A DNA stretch of 64,000 nt from an uncultured candidate division WWE3 bacterium. GTDB lineage: Bacteria; Patescibacteriota; WWE3; UBA101185; UBA10185. The stretch is taken from NCBI GenBank assembly GCA_963765125.1, contig CAVXUZ010000004.1:128792-192791 (forward strand), given 5' to 3'. Positions 46,584 through 56,159 of the stretch are shown here, piece by piece. A program made the position numbers and the translations under genes. The number at the start of each line of letters is the position of its first letter. Positions within the stretch are counted from its first letter, which is position 1. A model generated the notes under the pieces. The model searched no databases. It was given only the letters and a program-made list of their open reading frames with translations, and was not told the origin of the DNA.

Positions 46584-48115
46584 CAAAAATTGATATTGAA
46601 ATACATGACGATTTAATAAGTGTTATTGATAAACTAAAAAACATTAACGATACTGGCATTGAGCTCGTTGTTCCAGAAGGAGCTGTGCTGTTTGAAAACG
46701 TAATCAACATTAAAATGCTGAAGAATTGGGCTGACAAAGAAAGCAGAGTTATCACCTTTGTAACCGACGATGTTTATGGACAAAATCTTATCTTCTCGTT
46801 AGAAGAAGATGATTCCTCTAGTATGTTAGATGTTGATGAGGCAACCGATGACGCTGTGGAGCCGCGTAGTAGCAAAAAAATCATCATACCAAAAATAAAA
46901 TTGCCTAAATTGTCATTCAAAAAGGGTGGATTAGTTTATTTTGGTGTAGGTATATTGCTTGTAGGTACCGGTTTATTTTTCGGGTATAGGCACTTGTCAA
47001 CAGCGCCCCAAGCGTATATTAGAGTTGTTGTTAATTCCCAACCGCTAACCAAGAGCCTAGAGATAAAGGTTAAAAGTGGTGCTACTACAAACGTGGAAAA
47101 TAAAGTTCTCGCCGGAGAAACATTAGAAGTTTTAGTAGAAGAAAAACTCTCGGCACCAACTACAGGTGAGAAAATTGTAGGTGAAAAAGCTACAGGTACC
47201 ATAACAATATTTAACAAAACTGATACAGAGAAGAAATTTAAAAAAGGTACAGATATAATTTATGAAGACGATAAAGATAAGGAGTACATTTACGAGATAA
47301 CTAAAGATGTCACTGTACCTCCAAGAGAAGAGCAAGCTCCAGACCCAGAGGATCCAGACACAATCACCTACATTAAAGGTAAGGCAGACGTAGAGGTTGA
47401 GGCGTCTGTAGTGGGAGAAAAATATAATTTAGATGCGGGTGAAACACTTTCGGTAGAAGACCAAAAAACTACCGCGTTTGACGCTGAAATTAAAGAAGAC
47501 ATCGAGGGTGGAAAAGAAGAAAAAATCAAGGTTGTAGCACAAAAAGATATTGATGATTTAAAAGCAAAAATACTAGAAAACGCGAAGGAAAAAGCTATTA
47601 GAGCGTTGGAGTCCGCGGTAGCTGGTGATAAGAAAAAAATTAGCGGTTCCGAGTCTGTAATTGCAACCAAGGAGTCTCTTAGCCATGTATTAGACGCTGA
47701 GACAGAGGAGCTAACTCTAGAACAAACATACTCTGCCAAAGGTCTGTTATATAAACCTTCTGAATTAGACGCTGCAATAGACAAAATGGTTGTTGATCTT
47801 GTGCCAGAAAATTATGTGCTCTCAACAAAAGAGCGAGTTCTTAATGTAGAGGTTCTAGGTAATACGGATTCTACGGTCTTATCCGACTCGGAGGCTGACC
47901 TACAAGTTACGTTAAAAACATATGTTGTTTCGGATATTTCTGAAGACACAGTTAAGGATGCTGTATTAGGAAAAAATGTAGCCGAGGCTCAAAAATATGT
48001 TGGTGGTATTAGAAATATTAAAACCTACGAATTTAGCATAAAGCCACGATACCCATTTTTTGATTCCGTACCCAAGGACAAGAGCCGTATAAACATTGTT
48101 ATCGAAAGAGAATAA
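46580..48115 (+). CDS. Hypothetical bitopic membrane protein with a large acidic extracytoplasmic domain
   Basis: It has one TM near residue 125 and is translationally coupled to the upstream gene. Confidence 0.45.
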   Translation: MTKIDIEIHDDLISVIDKLKNINDTGIELVVPEGAVLFENVINIKMLKNWADKESRVITFVTDDVYGQNLIFSLEEDDSSSMLDVDEATDDAVEPRSSKKIIIPKIKLPKLSFKKGGLVYFGVGILLVGTGLFFGYRHLSTAPQAYIRVVVNSQPLTKSLEIKVKSGATTNVENKVLAGETLEVLVEEKLSAPTTGEKIVGEKATGTITIFNKTDTEKKFKKGTDIIYEDDKDKEYIYEITKDVTVPPREEQAPDPEDPDTITYIKGKADVEVEASVVGEKYNLDAGETLSVEDQKTTAFDAEIKEDIEGGKEEKIKVVAQKDIDDLKAKILENAKEKAIRALESAVAGDKKKISGSESVIATKESLSHVLDAETEELTLEQTYSAKGLLYKPSELDAAIDKMVVDLVPENYVLSTKERVLNVEVLGNTDSTVLSDSEADLQVTLKTYVVSDISEDTVKDAVLGKNVAEAQKYVGGIRNIKTYEFSIKPRYPFFDSVPKDKSRINIVIERE

Positions 48116-48542
48116 TGTGAAACACTCCGAGAGTAATAAAGATGATCTTCTACTAGGCGTTGATTACGGCGAAGTAAACATTGGTCTTGCATTTGGCCGA
48201 AGCGGCCTTGTATCACCATTAAAAGTAGTCAGCGGTGTAAACTCTGAAACAGCCATCTTTGAAATTAATAGATACATCCACGAAAACAAAGTAACAAAAA
48301 TCGTCATGGGTCTTCCACTTACTGTGGACGGAAAAGAAACCACTCAGTCTAAAAAGGTCAGAGCGTTCACAAAGTTATTAAAAATTAGGTCAAAAAAACC
48401 CGTTGAGTTTGTTAATGAATTTAGAACAACCGAAGATTTAAAATCAGAACCAATTGATTTGGGAATAACAAAAATTAAACACGGTGTTGTCGACCACCTA
48501 TCTGCCGCTCTAATCCTAAAAGAATATTACTCAAAAGAGTAA
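48096..48542 (+). CDS. ruvX: Holliday-junction resolvase-like RuvX/YqgF
   Basis: LLLGVDYGEVNIGLAFG is the YqgF N-terminal motif. Confidence 0.8.
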   Translation: MLSKENNVKHSESNKDDLLLGVDYGEVNIGLAFGRSGLVSPLKVVSGVNSETAIFEINRYIHENKVTKIVMGLPLTVDGKETTQSKKVRAFTKLLKIRSKKPVEFVNEFRTTEDLKSEPIDLGITKIKHGVVDHLSAALILKEYYSKE

Positions 48543-48797
48543 CTATTTCTTTTTAGACTTCATCACAACATGTGTTGACCCACACAAAAGACACTCAAAG
48601 TTGTCTCCGGGTTTTAAGCAAGAGGGACATACATACATTCCCTCCATCTCAATAAGGTCTCTGCTTTCGCAGGTGTTACAAAGAAAAAGAACGTTTTCTC
48701 GATCGATGAGCCCACAGTTAGGGCACTCAAACTTAACGTTCCCCTTTTTCTGAGGCTTTTCTTCTTCTTCTTCGATGTTTTCATTTATATCGTCCAT
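48543..48797 (-). CDS. Double zinc-ribbon small protein
   Basis: It carries four CxxC pairs (CPNCG, CNTCES, CPSC, CLLCGS). Confidence 0.5.
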   Translation of the reverse strand: MDDINENIEEEEEKPQKKGNVKFECPNCGLIDRENVLFLCNTCESRDLIEMEGMYVCPSCLKPGDNFECLLCGSTHVVMKSKKK

Positions 48798-48819
48798 ATG
48801 AAAATGTTAACATATACGC

Positions 48820-48996
48820 ATGGAGTTTTTAATTGTCTTTGCGTGTATATACCTGTTCATAGGAACTGTTTACGCGTTTACCCTATTATTCAGGGGAGAT
48901 AGTTCAATCTTTGCCCTACCGATAAATATTATTGGGGGACCAATCGCACTAGTGTGGTTTGTTGTTGATTCTATAAAATATTTTAAAAATCGTTAA
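48820..48996 (+). CDS. Possible 58-aa two-TM peptide (MEFLIVFACIYLFIGTVYAF...)
   Basis: It is an open frame with an ATG and two hydrophobic helices, below the ORF-track cutoff. Confidence 0.25.
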   Translation: MEFLIVFACIYLFIGTVYAFTLLFRGDSSIFALPINIIGGPIALVWFVVDSIKYFKNR

Positions 48997-48998
48997 TT

Positions 48999-49757
48999 AT
49001 GTATAAAAATATAGTACATGGTAAAAAAGCAGTTTTTTTTGATTTAGACGGAACAATCATAAATTCTGCAGAGTACTGGCAAACCGCTTTTAACAACGTT
49101 GCTCGTTCGTTAAATATACCCACAATCAGTAGTTACGTTATCCATTTTGGTAGTTCTTTGGGTAATGCATTGAGACGCTCATTAGATGGTGCTATTACCA
49201 AACCAGAAAAATCTTTTGAAGAAATACTTTCGATGATAAACGATGAGTACTTAAGAATATTTGCTGAAAATCCTCTAGAGCCGAGAGACGGTTTTTGGGA
49301 CCTCGTTTATGAATTAAAAGAAGAGAAAAAACTTAAACTCGCCTTGGTTTCAAATTCTATAAAACGAGTGGTGTTAGGTGTTTTTGAAAGTATGGGCGTA
49401 GACCTTGTTCTTTTTGATTTGGTGATTACGGGGGACGAGGTCAAAAAAAGAAAACCAAATCCTGAAATTTATAATACTGCAGCAAAAAAACTAGGCGTGC
49501 ACAAAAAGGATGTACTTGTTTTTGAGGATTCTGTAACCGGTATGACCTCGGCTGTTAAAGCCGGCATGGACGTAATAGTGATTTGGACCGGCGTTGTAAG
49601 GGCCGATCTTTATTCAAACAAATATCGCCTTCTCTTACCAGATTTTTTGGGTCTAGCAGGCAAGCTAGACACCACGTATCGAGAATTTTTAGAAAAGCGT
49701 TTAAATGACTACAACAAGGAAAATAGCCCCCAAGAGGCAGCACCAACCTTAAATTAA
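48999..49757 (+). CDS. HAD-superfamily hydrolase (beta-phosphoglucomutase-like subfamily)
   Basis: The DxD motif is FFDLDGTIINS and HAD motifs III/IV are present. Confidence 0.75.
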   Translation: MYKNIVHGKKAVFFDLDGTIINSAEYWQTAFNNVARSLNIPTISSYVIHFGSSLGNALRRSLDGAITKPEKSFEEILSMINDEYLRIFAENPLEPRDGFWDLVYELKEEKKLKLALVSNSIKRVVLGVFESMGVDLVLFDLVITGDEVKKRKPNPEIYNTAAKKLGVHKKDVLVFEDSVTGMTSAVKAGMDVIVIWTGVVRADLYSNKYRLLLPDFLGLAGKLDTTYREFLEKRLNDYNKENSPQEAAPTLN

Positions 49758-49784
49758 TTACTCCAATCTATATTGCTTTACGAT

Positions 49785-49793
49785 TGTGGATAA
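49785..49793 (-). promoter_or_regulatory. Perfect consensus DnaA box (TTATCCACA on the minus strand) upstream of dnaA
   Basis: The plus-strand sequence TGTGGATAA lies at 49785-49793. Confidence 0.6.
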
Positions 49794-49850
49794 CTCGTGT
49801 TAGATTAGCAGTAATATTTACCTAACCTGTCCAACCCTGCCAATAATTAC

Positions 49851-51236
49851 ATGGAAGAAAAAATAAACAACCAGGAACAACTGAATGCCTTCTGGAAGAA
49901 GGTTTTGGGAATTTTACAAACCGAACTTAACCCTATGACCTACAATACGTGGGTTACTAAAATTACTCCCGGCAACATTACAGACACCAGCCTCGACCTT
50001 ATAGTTGAGGTTTCTTATGCAAAAAAGCAGCTACAAAAATATTCTTCACTTATTGAAGACGCTATAAAAAGGGTTGGTAAAGTAGATAGAAAAATTAATT
50101 TCGTAATAGATAAGTTAGAAACAACAAAAGATAAAGATCCTATTGGTCCCTTGTTTGATCTAGAAAAACCCAAAAAATCCGAGGTTAGCGAAGCAGCATT
50201 TAGAAAAGCTGGTATTTCACCTAAGTTTACTTTTGAGAATTTTATTATAGGTAACAGTAATCAGCTTGCGTTTGCTATTGCACAAGCAGTCGCTGAAAAT
50301 CCTGGACAGAGTTATAATCCGTTTTTTCTCTACGCGGGTGTAGGTTTAGGAAAAACTCACCTTGTACAGGCTGTTGGAAACAAAATTCTACAAAATAACC
50401 ATAAACTAAATGTTATTTACACAACTGGCGAATCGTTTATGAACGAGCTAATTGAGGCCATACAGAGCGGGAATCGCGGTAAATACGCTTCAAATGAGTT
50501 TAGAAATAAATTTAGACACGCCGATGTTCTCATCATTGACGATATTCAATTTATTATTGGAAGGGAATCAACACAGTTAGAGTTTTTTCACACGTTCAAC
50601 GCTTTGTACATGGCGGGAAAACAAATCGTTTTAACTTCTGATAGGCCACCAAAAGACTTTGTTAATTTAGAAAAAAGAATCACTTCAAGATTCGGGAGCG
50701 GAATTATCGCTGATATTCAAACGCCAGACGCGGATCTAAGAAATGCAATCCTCAGAACCAAAAGGGATCTTGAGAAAGGTACTGTGCCTAACGACGTCAT
50801 CGATTTTATTGCAAAAAATGTTGAATCAAATATTAGAGAATTGGAAGGCGCTTATATTCAGGTCGCCGCTTTTGCGAAAAGCCAGGGCCAGCCGGTCTCC
50901 GTCGAGCTCGCAGAAAAAGTTCTTGGAAAAAATATAGTTGTTGGAAGAAAAAAAATTGTGACTCCTAGCGAAGTAATAAAAGCCGTAAGTAAGTATTATG
51001 ATGTTAATGTTGGTGATTTAAAAGGTCAGAGAAGAACCAAAGAAATAGTGCTCCCAAGACAAGTTGCAATGTATCTTATTCGCGAACTAACCGATGCACC
51101 TCTTATGGGTATAGGCGAACAGCTCGGGGGGAGAGACCACACAACTATAATGCACGGAATTAAGAAGGTAGAGGAAGAGATGCAAGAGATGGGAAGAGTG
51201 AGACAAGATGTTGTTAATGTAAAACAATTACTTTAA
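49851..51236 (+). CDS. dnaA: Chromosomal replication initiator DnaA
   Basis: AAA+ Walker A is GVGLGKTHL and the C-terminal DNA-binding motif is DHTTIMHGIKKVEEE. Confidence 0.9.
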   Translation: MEEKINNQEQLNAFWKKVLGILQTELNPMTYNTWVTKITPGNITDTSLDLIVEVSYAKKQLQKYSSLIEDAIKRVGKVDRKINFVIDKLETTKDKDPIGPLFDLEKPKKSEVSEAAFRKAGISPKFTFENFIIGNSNQLAFAIAQAVAENPGQSYNPFFLYAGVGLGKTHLVQAVGNKILQNNHKLNVIYTTGESFMNELIEAIQSGNRGKYASNEFRNKFRHADVLIIDDIQFIIGRESTQLEFFHTFNALYMAGKQIVLTSDRPPKDFVNLEKRITSRFGSGIIADIQTPDADLRNAILRTKRDLEKGTVPNDVIDFIAKNVESNIRELEGAYIQVAAFAKSQGQPVSVELAEKVLGKNIVVGRKKIVTPSEVIKAVSKYYDVNVGDLKGQRRTKEIVLPRQVAMYLIRELTDAPLMGIGEQLGGRDHTTIMHGIKKVEEEMQEMGRVRQDVVNVKQLL

Positions 51237-51548
51237 CTAAATTTGTGGAAAAAGGGTGGGGAGGTATGGAGAATAGAGAATAACACTACAGGCTGTGTGC
51301 ACAAATGTGAGTTTTTCCCAAAAGTTTTCCACAGATTTTTGAAAACTATCCACAGCGTTTTTTCTTGTAATGACAGTTTAAAATCACCCCTCTTACACCA
51401 ATATGTTAAGCTGTCGGGGTTGAGACTTTTCAACACTTGCGCGTCTTTTAATAAGTTATGACTGTAGTTTATTGGTGGTCTGTGCACAAATCCACACACT
51501 CTACTATAACTACTACTTATTATATATATAATAAATATTACAAAGGGT
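51237..51548. promoter_or_regulatory. Putative oriC: cluster of DnaA-box-like 9-mers plus an AT-rich unwinding element
   Basis: Boxes are TTTTCCACA at 51325-51333, CTATCCACA at 51346-51354, AAATCCACA at 51488-51496 and TGTGGAAAA (reverse) at 51244-51252. A twice-repeated CTGTGCACAAAT motif is present. The AT-rich run TACTTATTATATATATAATAAATATTA lies at 51515-51541. Confidence 0.6.
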
Positions 51549-52715
51549 GTGTATAAAACAAACATGTATTTAATAATCACTTATATAGCGAAGGTAATAA
51601 ATTCATTAATCAATTTTTTAAAACTTGGATCCGGTGGAACTTGGCCTGGTTATGTAGGATTAAGTCTTTACCCAAAACTTTGGTCAGAGATACCCAGAAG
51701 GGTTTCTGCACCCACAATTTTTATCACAGGAACCAACGGTAAAACAACAACTGCAAAACTTTTAGTGCATATGCTCGAACAACAGGGTAAGAGAGTTTTA
51801 TCTAACGTGTCCGGTGCCAACTTGCTCAATGGGATTGCCTCAACTTTTCTTCTTGGCACCGACCTTAAAGGACAATTAAGATATGACGTGATCGTACTTG
51901 AGGTGGATGAGCTTACGCTTCCTTTACTACTGCAAAAGATAAATCCTAAGGCTGTGGCTTTACTGAATTTATCTCGTGACCAGCTAGATCGTTATTGGGA
52001 AACAGATCTCGTTTGTAATCGTTGGAAAGATGTACTGCAAAAGATAAATCACCAACCACCTACGCTAGTAGTAGATTGTGCACAGAAAGAGTTTCGAGAT
52101 TTGGTTGAAGGGTATTTAGGAAATGTGCTTTATTTTGATGACGATAGAGAGGCTCTAAAAAACTCTGCATTGATTGGAGAATACAACGCAAAGAATATTA
52201 ATTGCGCGCTACAACTCATTTCGATTTTAGGTGTATCACAAGAGGACGCAACGCGAAGTCTCGCCTCGTTCTCTTACGCATTTGGAAGAGGGGAAGTTAT
52301 TAACTTTTGTGAAAAAGAATTTAGAGTAATGCTAGCAAAGAACCCTGAGAGTCTTAACCAGAACTTACGTGCTGTTATACAGGGAGGGTTTACCTACGAT
52401 GCAGTACTATTTTTGCTGAATGATTTAATACCTGATGGGCACGACGTTTCTTGGGTCTACGATGTGGACCAGGAGCTTATCTATAAGGTTTGCGTAAATA
52501 AAGAGGTCTTTGTCTCTGGGCTGCGAAGTTACGATATGGCTATAAGGATTGGTTATGCAGGAGTAGCCGCCAAAGAGATCAACACTGCTTCAAGCATCGA
52601 CAGCGCTATAAAACAAATATGTACACAAAACGAAATATCAAAAGTTTTGGTACTGCCAAACTACTCTGCAATGTTGCAAATTAGAAAGATCTTAATTGGA
52701 AGAAAAATATTATGA
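51549..52715 (+). CDS. murT: Lipid II isoglutaminyl synthase subunit MurT (Mur-ligase family); the start is GTG at 51549 or ATG at 51564
   Basis: The Mur ligase P-loop is TGTNGKTTTAKLL. The MurT-like N-terminus is immediately followed by gatD. Confidence 0.7.
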   Translation: MYKTNMYLIITYIAKVINSLINFLKLGSGGTWPGYVGLSLYPKLWSEIPRRVSAPTIFITGTNGKTTTAKLLVHMLEQQGKRVLSNVSGANLLNGIASTFLLGTDLKGQLRYDVIVLEVDELTLPLLLQKINPKAVALLNLSRDQLDRYWETDLVCNRWKDVLQKINHQPPTLVVDCAQKEFRDLVEGYLGNVLYFDDDREALKNSALIGEYNAKNINCALQLISILGVSQEDATRSLASFSYAFGRGEVINFCEKEFRVMLAKNPESLNQNLRAVIQGGFTYDAVLFLLNDLIPDGHDVSWVYDVDQELIYKVCVNKEVFVSGLRSYDMAIRIGYAGVAAKEINTASSIDSAIKQICTQNEISKVLVLPNYSAMLQIRKILIGRKIL

Positions 52716-53470
52716 AATTATCGATAGGTTATTTTTATAGGGAAGAACTCAACCTTTACGGTGACACAGGAAACATCGAAATTCTCACAGCACGCGCTAG
52801 AGCTCGTGGCTTTGAAGTTGAAGTAACCGACGTTACAACAAAAACAAAAATCACCTCATTCGCAGACTTTAATCTTATCTTTATGGGCGGAGGTCCCGAC
52901 TCGGGTCAAAAGGGCATGTACACAGATTTAGTTGAAAATAAAAAAGAGTTTCTCAAAAACTACATCGAAGCTGGAGGGGCCGCATTGTTTATCTGTGGTT
53001 CTTACCAACTGATGGGTAAGTACTATAAATCGGCAGACGGCAGTATCTTAAATGGTTTAGAGATATTCGATCTTTACACAGAACATCCAGGCCATTTAAA
53101 ACAACGATGCGTAGGTAATGTAGTATGCAAAATATCACCAAACCTTACAGAAAAACCCTTATTCAAAGCAGTAAACCATTTGGGTGACTACATAGTTGGA
53201 TTTGAAAATCACGGAGGACGCACGTATTTAAAAGATAAAACACAAAGCTTAGCAGAGGTTAAAAATGGATTTGGTAATAACGGTAACGACAAAACAGAGG
53301 GCATTATTTACAAAAACGCTTTGGGAACGTACTTACACGGTCCATTTCTCTCAAAAAATCCTCATATAGCGGATTTTCTCATAGCCACAGCACTCAAATT
53401 GGACAATCTGAAGCCGCTCGATGATAATATGATTTATAAAGCTTATTCTGCCCTACTAGCTAGGAAATAA
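52712..53470 (+). CDS. gatD: Lipid II isoglutaminyl synthase glutaminase subunit GatD (CobQ-type amidotransferase)
   Basis: MKLSIGYFYREELNLYGDTGNIEIL is the GatD N-terminal signature. The catalytic Cys context is FICGSYQLMG. Confidence 0.75.
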   Translation: MKLSIGYFYREELNLYGDTGNIEILTARARARGFEVEVTDVTTKTKITSFADFNLIFMGGGPDSGQKGMYTDLVENKKEFLKNYIEAGGAALFICGSYQLMGKYYKSADGSILNGLEIFDLYTEHPGHLKQRCVGNVVCKISPNLTEKPLFKAVNHLGDYIVGFENHGGRTYLKDKTQSLAEVKNGFGNNGNDKTEGIIYKNALGTYLHGPFLSKNPHIADFLIATALKLDNLKPLDDNMIYKAYSALLARK

Positions 53471-54723
53471 TGCAAACCTTGTACAGTCTGATATTAAGTA
53501 AAAAGCACAGAATAAACTACGTTGTTGCCCTTGTTACTCTTTTATTAACCCCATCAAACTTAGGCCTGCATTTCGTAACCGAGGACGCTTACATTAACGG
53601 CATGTTGGTGGATTACCTTATTCCCACGCTTTACCTTCAGGAAATTTTAATCGCTGTATTTTTAATTATCAACATCGGTGTAATAAAGCAGCAGTTAAAA
53701 AAAGCTGATAGCTACCTCATCTGGTTTTTATTTTCCCTTTTCATTTCTTCGCTTCTTTCCGCGTTTCTTTTAGCATCCCTCACCATGGCCTTAAAGATCT
53801 TTTTATACGCACTGTTTGGTTCAGTTCTTTTTGCAGTTTTTCAAAAAAAAGAGGCAGCGCGAATTATTGTTAACGCTTTAGGTATTAGTGTATTTTTTCT
53901 TTCTTTATTAGGTATAGCGCAATGGTTTTCACAATCGTCAATTTTTAATAATTATTTAGTTTTAGGTGAGCAGCCATACACAGCTTCGACAAGCGGTGTA
54001 AACACCGAGTATTTTTTTGGTGTGAGAAAGGTCCCTTCATACGGAACATTTTTGCATCCTAATATTTTTGGAGGTTACCTAAGCCTCGCGCTTATTGTGT
54101 TAATTGCTAATCTTCGAGAGAAAAAAATTCTAGGGTTGCCGATTGTTCTTGGAATTACAGCTTTGTTTTTTACACTGAGTTATTTTTCGTGGGTAAGTTT
54201 TCTGATTGGGTTGGTGATGCTAGCAGCGTTACTTAGTAGCAAAAAAGTGCTACTTAAAACCACACTTTTAGTTGTTATTACAATCTCTCTGGTAGCTTTG
54301 TATCTACCACTCGTAGCATCGTTGGCCGATGGACATCTAGATAAACTTACGCAAAGCCCCTCGTTTTACAGACGCGCTGACCTTATGAACTCGTCTTACG
54401 AATTAGTAAAAGATAGTCCTCTGTATGGGTCTGGCCTGGGAACCGCATCGGCATATATTGAAACTTACTTACCGACTCCCCACGATCTACGTCTGTCGCA
54501 ACCGCCACACAATATTTTTGTTCTGTTGTTTCAAGAGGCTGGAATATTTACCGTTGTGTTCTTTGTACTTCTGTTTGTTAAAAAAACTTTTGCCGCAGAA
54601 GAGCGAAATAAAATTGCGCTAATTTTACTTGCGCAGCTTTTGTTTTTAGGAAGTTTTGACCACTATTTAATAACGATGCCGCAGACGGGAATTCTAATGT
54701 GGTTAATCATCGCGGCAGTGTAG
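53470..54723 (+). CDS. O-antigen ligase / Wzy_C family polytopic membrane protein (second copy)
   Basis: PHNIFVLLFQEAGIF matches the HN......E.G motif, in a protein with about 10 TM helices. Confidence 0.5.
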   Translation: MQTLYSLILSKKHRINYVVALVTLLLTPSNLGLHFVTEDAYINGMLVDYLIPTLYLQEILIAVFLIINIGVIKQQLKKADSYLIWFLFSLFISSLLSAFLLASLTMALKIFLYALFGSVLFAVFQKKEAARIIVNALGISVFFLSLLGIAQWFSQSSIFNNYLVLGEQPYTASTSGVNTEYFFGVRKVPSYGTFLHPNIFGGYLSLALIVLIANLREKKILGLPIVLGITALFFTLSYFSWVSFLIGLVMLAALLSSKKVLLKTTLLVVITISLVALYLPLVASLADGHLDKLTQSPSFYRRADLMNSSYELVKDSPLYGSGLGTASAYIETYLPTPHDLRLSQPPHNIFVLLFQEAGIFTVVFFVLLFVKKTFAAEERNKIALILLAQLLFLGSFDHYLITMPQTGILMWLIIAAV

Positions 54724-56142
54724 TTGCTTGTAGATTGTTGCAAAACTTCTTATAATAAAAACACTGATTTTCCTATGAAAAACAAAACCTGCTCGTCTCA
54801 TAAAAAAAGTAAATTAATCGTAATAGCGCTGGTGTTGACGCTTCCACTCATTCTTACTGGATGTACTCTTGCCGATGTTCCGTTTATCGGCCAGTTTTTT
54901 GGTGCTAGCAACGGCGGGCCATCGCAAGCAAAATTGGGCTCAGCAAACCTTACAGTTTGGGGTTTATGGGAGAATCCAGACGTTATAAATAAAGTTATAA
55001 ACAAGTTTAACGAAACTTACCCAGAAGTAGTCATTAACTACGACGATCGTTCCGTTCTTAAGCCTCTAGTTGAATACAAAGAAAGAGTTTTTGCTCGTGC
55101 TACGGACGAAACAGGCCCTGATGTAATGCGCGTGCACGTAAGTTGGTTACCAAAACTTGTTGGTTCACTTACACCTATGCCATCAAGCATGATGTCTACG
55201 GGAGATTTTTCCACAAAATTTTATCCTTCAGCTACAGCCAATTTAATTAAAGACGATAAAATTTATGGTGTTCCAAGCTATTACGACGGATTAGTTTTGG
55301 TTTATAACAAAGACCATTTTGAAGAGGTTGGTCAGACCGAAGCTCCTACAGCGTGGGAAGAATTTAGACGCCTTGCTTTACAGCTGACGATAAGGGGCGG
55401 TGACCAAGGCAAAGATATTATCAGAGGCGGTGCTGCAATTGGAACTTCAAATAACGTTGATTTCTTTTCTGATATTCTCGGCCTTCTGTTTACACAAGCT
55501 AGAATCGGAGTTCCAGAAGGTATCGATACAAAATCAGCTCAGGATGCGCTCACTTTTTATCTCAACTTTGTAATAGAAGATAAGGTGTGGTCAGAACAAA
55601 TGCCAGAAGCATCAGTCGCATTTTCACAAGGAAAAGCATCAATGATTATTGTTCCCACATGGAATTTGTTAGATATCATAACCGCACACCCAGAAATGAA
55701 TATTGGAGTAGCCCCAGTTCCACAAGCGCAAGCAGACAGCCCAGCTGGATGGGCAACTTATTGGGTAGACGTTGTACCGAGGTCCAGCAAGAACGCAGAC
55801 GCTGCGTGGGCACTCATCAACTTTATGTCCGAGCGCGAGCAGCAACTTCTTACTTATAACGAGGCAACTAAATACAGGGTTTATGGATCGGCATACAGCC
55901 TAGTTGATCTCGCTGGCGAATTGTCTGCAAACACTTACTTAAAACCAGCGCTTGATACCGCCAACGTCGCAAGCACAAACATTCTTGCAGGGCGGGCTGG
56001 TAACAGACGAGAGACAGAAGCGCTTCAGGCAGCTGTAAAAAGTGTTTTAGACGCATCTACCCGGGGCAGTTTTGGTGAAGAGGAGATGGAAAAAGCTGTT
56101 CAAGAGGCGCTAATAAACTTTAAAGCCGAACTCCTAAAGTAA
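54724..56142 (+). CDS. ABC transporter extracellular solute-binding lipoprotein (family 1, sugar-type); the likely start is the ATG at 54775
   Basis: The lipobox LILTGC follows a signal peptide, and the fold is SBP_bac_1-like (VWGLWENPDVINKVINKFNETYPEV). Confidence 0.7.
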   Translation: MLVDCCKTSYNKNTDFPMKNKTCSSHKKSKLIVIALVLTLPLILTGCTLADVPFIGQFFGASNGGPSQAKLGSANLTVWGLWENPDVINKVINKFNETYPEVVINYDDRSVLKPLVEYKERVFARATDETGPDVMRVHVSWLPKLVGSLTPMPSSMMSTGDFSTKFYPSATANLIKDDKIYGVPSYYDGLVLVYNKDHFEEVGQTEAPTAWEEFRRLALQLTIRGGDQGKDIIRGGAAIGTSNNVDFFSDILGLLFTQARIGVPEGIDTKSAQDALTFYLNFVIEDKVWSEQMPEASVAFSQGKASMIIVPTWNLLDIITAHPEMNIGVAPVPQAQADSPAGWATYWVDVVPRSSKNADAAWALINFMSEREQQLLTYNEATKYRVYGSAYSLVDLAGELSANTYLKPALDTANVASTNILAGRAGNRRETEALQAAVKSVLDASTRGSFGEEEMEKAVQEALINFKAELLK

Positions 56143-56159
56143 TAGGTTATAATTCACAC

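Noticed and set aside
20372-47784. Other embedded short ORFs (20372..20943, 21307..21507, 22528..22842, 23639..24146, 25485..25709, 26148..26384, 27053..27849, 35657..35944, 36774..37945, 40511..41011, 47368..47784 etc.)
   Set aside because: These are shadows of well-supported genes (FemAB, PPIase, 3D, pcrA, gap, murJ, lepA, dnaK and others) with no independent support.
51233-51580. ORFs 51233..51580 (-) and 51243..51461 (+) inside the dnaA-murT spacer
   Set aside because: They lie within the DnaA-box/AT-rich origin region with no RBS and no homology, and are likely spurious.
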